This document shows positions 61,081 through 64,000 of a DNA stretch of 64,000 nt, piece after piece. Each line of letters opens with the position of its first letter. Within the stretch, counting starts at the first letter, position 1. A program made the position numbers and the translations under genes. Source of the DNA: Vicugna vicugna. Its lineage: Eukaryota. Under the pieces are notes generated by a model that saw only the letters and a list, made by a program, of their open reading frames with translations, made no database searches and had not been told where the DNA came from. The stretch lies in the NCBI GenBank assembly GCA_013265495.1, contig MU058337.1:3962880-4026879 (forward strand), written 5' to 3'.

Positions 61081-62314
61081 GAATGCAGTTCAGAGGCACT
61101 GAGATTCCAAACAGAGGATGTTCCCCGGCCACTGCTCAAGTCCATGCCCCTTGAAATCAAGTACTATGCCTTCGTCAATGCCATTTCTTTTTTATTTTGT
61201 TTTCAGTTTCCCTCCATGTCTACCCAGGGCAGGGAGGGCTTCCCTGGTCAGTGCTGATGGGAAGAAGGGCTGCCCAAATAAATACAGGAGCAGAGCCCTT
61301 CTAACAACAGCACACACCACGAGGACACTGATCGCTGCCCCGTAGGTTGGGGATCCATGTACAAAATTTAAGGAGAGGAACGAGGACCGAATGACTGCGA
61401 GCAGGCTCCTGTTCAGAGTGGGGACGACGCATCCCGTGTTCAGCAGGGAAAGAGCATGATTAATTGGCCAAGGCCCAAGAAATGAGAACAGAAAAGCAGT
61501 TTCTTCCATTCGTCTTTACACACCCCGGTGGCAGGAAAGGCCTTCTCCCTGGTTTCTGGGACACTGAGCTTGAATCTGCTCCCACTAGTCTCCGGCTGAC
61601 TGGCTTTAGACAAGCCGAGCACCCGTCCCATTTCTTCAACCAAATGCATTGATGTTGACAGTTATCTCCCCCAGATTTTCAGGAGGTAAAAGAAGGTGGA
61701 CGTAAAAGCACTTTGAAAAGACTGAAGTCCTAAATAATATATAAAGTACCCGTTTTAATGGGAAGCCTGGCCTTCAGGTAGAAGGAGCAAGAGACGAAGC
61801 AGGACACTGGTTAGAAGAGGAGTGAAATCTAACGCTTTGTTCTCAGCAGCCTAAGACACGCACCTAGACGCTTAGCCCGTCCGTGGCTTGGGCTTCAGAT
61901 GCCAGCCGATCTGGACAGGTAGTATTCCCATCAGCAGCAGGACGGGTTCTGTACCCAGAGCTGCTCCTGCCTGGGTTTTGCAGTGGTGATTAGCTTCTCT
62001 TATTTAACACCCGGAGAGATTGCCTCGCACCTCCACACTGTAGGGTGACTTAATTGAAGAATTAGGTAAACAAAGCAATGCTTCCCTCTCTGTCAAGCCA
62101 AAGTGTCATGAAAAATAAAACAATTAAGCAGAAACAAAGGCACCGATAAAATATTCGAGCAGAACAAGCTTATACAAAATCATAATAAGGGTTTACTATT
62201 ACAAATCAAAAGGCCAAGAGACAGCCGGCCAAGTTCTCTGTGGCTGCCTTGCTCAGCCTTACCTAGGATGCAGCAGCGCCTGGAGGGGAAGACGAACAGG
62301 TATGCAGAAACCAC

Positions 62315-62520
62315 AGTATGCCACACGTGTGTCCTGCACTGAGCTTTACCGCGTGCTTCCGTAGGAAACACCTCGTTTAATCCTTCCAGCAGCCTTCTGA
62401 AATGGTATTAGCTTCAGTTCTCAGCTAATGAAACAAAGGAGTCTACGTGACTTGCCCAGGTTTGCACGCCAACTTGAGGTTAGCCTGCAGGGAGAGTTTC
62501 TGGAGACTCAAGACTCTGAC
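62315..62520 (-). mobile_element. MIR SINE
   Basis: cctcgtttaatccttccagcagccttctgaaatggtattag...gtgacttgcccagg. Confidence 0.65.
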
Positions 62521-64000
62521 CACACCCTGGTCTGCCTCCCTGATCTCTTCCCGGGACACCCACTGAACAAATCCAGCCAGAAGCCAGAAGGTGGGGGTGC
62601 CATTGGCGTAACTCAGGCAAGTCAGCCTCAGAGCTAAAGAGAAAAGATGGAAGATGCCCAGCATAGAAGCCAAGAGGACAGGAATCGATGTTTCTGACCT
62701 CGGGTTTAACCTTGGTACAGAGCGCTGAACGGCCTCCAGCTGTGAAATCTGAGTGCAAACGACAACACTGAAAGACTTCAAAGCTTGGTGTGGAAGAACC
62801 CCAAACTGATTTCACATATCAGTCATCTAATCCTCAAAACAAATACATATAATTTATTTTTGGTGTCTGTTACACGGGAACTGAAGGTAAGGAATCTGTT
62901 AAGAAAAGTAACAGAATATCACTCAGCAAACATTCAGCTCCTTAATGAGCAGTCCCCAAAAAGCCTGAACATGTTTTTGCTACCGTGAGTAGCAAATCTA
63001 ACAGAGAACTTACTCAGCCCCAACAAATTGAAAAGTCAGGCTCTTGGCTGCCAGACCTCCCGGCCACTCTTTGGGCAGCCTGCCTGTGTTCACTGCACTG
63101 ACTCATAACTAGCCTCTCTCTCTAAACATTGGATTTCCCCGGTCCATCTCTTTCAGTCAATGGAGAGTTCTTTTTGGAACACAGCACGCTGAGGTTTAGA
63201 AAATACACACCAACGTTGTTTTTTTTAATGTGCTGGAGAATTATGGAAGCCTTAATTGCTGTTCCACATGGCCATCATTAGTTTCCTGCACCTCTCATTT
63301 ATTAAAGACTATTTGATTTGGAATATAATAATGAAAAAAAAATGTTTTTCTACCTATGGTATCAATTATGCAGATTGACTTTTCTGGGGGGAAAAAGTAA
63401 CGAGACATCATCAGTATTCCTTGAATTTCTAATTTAATTCACAGTTACCATGATAGTATAACTTACTGTTGGGTACCCGAGGTTGATGAATTCTCCACAG
63501 GCTGTCAGTAATTATTCTCAAGTATCTATTACGAGGACACAGAAAATTGCTATTATGTGCTGACTCAGGAGTGTGTGTGAGAGCGCCCCGCTCCCGCCCT
63601 GGTCCTTCTCCAGGCGCTGAGATTTCACTGTGATATATCTTAGCTGATTCGCTCAGGAAAGTTCTATTAAATTTCAAATTATCTAATCACACTCCTGATG
63701 GTGTATTAAGATATAAATAAAAGGAAAAAGCGACATGATTTATTTGGTGCATGTCACCCCATAGGAAGAAAAGGCAAAATGAAACCTCAGGTTGATATAA
63801 GGAGCAGCCCCAGCGAAACCTATTCTGTAGGATTTCCAGGGCTCCTCGGCTCTTTAGGCTGCGAACTCGAGTTTCAGTGGAACGTGAGCAACCCAAGCTC
63901 AGGACAGCCCTCCCCGCGACCCCCTCAAAGTCTGGACCCTTTGGATGCAAGTGAATGCAACTCCTGGACCAAGGAAAAAGGGAAGTGACTGGATGCCATA

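Noticed and set aside
1..64000. CRISPR arrays, operons, rRNA or other prokaryotic systems; identity of a host gene
   Set aside because: The sequence is mammalian with no regularly spaced repeat-spacer array. I recognised no coding exons of a multi-exon gene.

Overview
Eukaryotic (eutherian mammal) genomic DNA. It is most likely camelid, because it has three tRNA-derived Vic-1-like SINEs plus young cetartiodactyl-type L1 3' tails. Most of the window is intronic or intergenic sequence with ancient repeats (MIR, L2, L3/CR1, MLT1, MER5/MER20/MER58/Charlie, old L1s). One convincing protein-coding region is present: a 215-aa four-transmembrane claudin-superfamily ORF at 33939-34586 (+). It resembles the mouse testis SAMT (spermatogenesis-associated multipass transmembrane) proteins and has an upstream splice-acceptor-like site and a downstream AATAAA. 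Other notable items are a rearranged L1 (sense ORF1 fused tail-to-tail with antisense ORF2 at a fold-back junction), a 464-bp near-pure purine tract, an old local duplication of an L2 segment, and repeat-poor blocks, one with a CpG-enriched core near 45.5-45.8 kb. I could not identify a host gene. No prokaryotic-type systems are evident. Repeat subfamily names come from remembered consensus sequences and boundaries are approximate.
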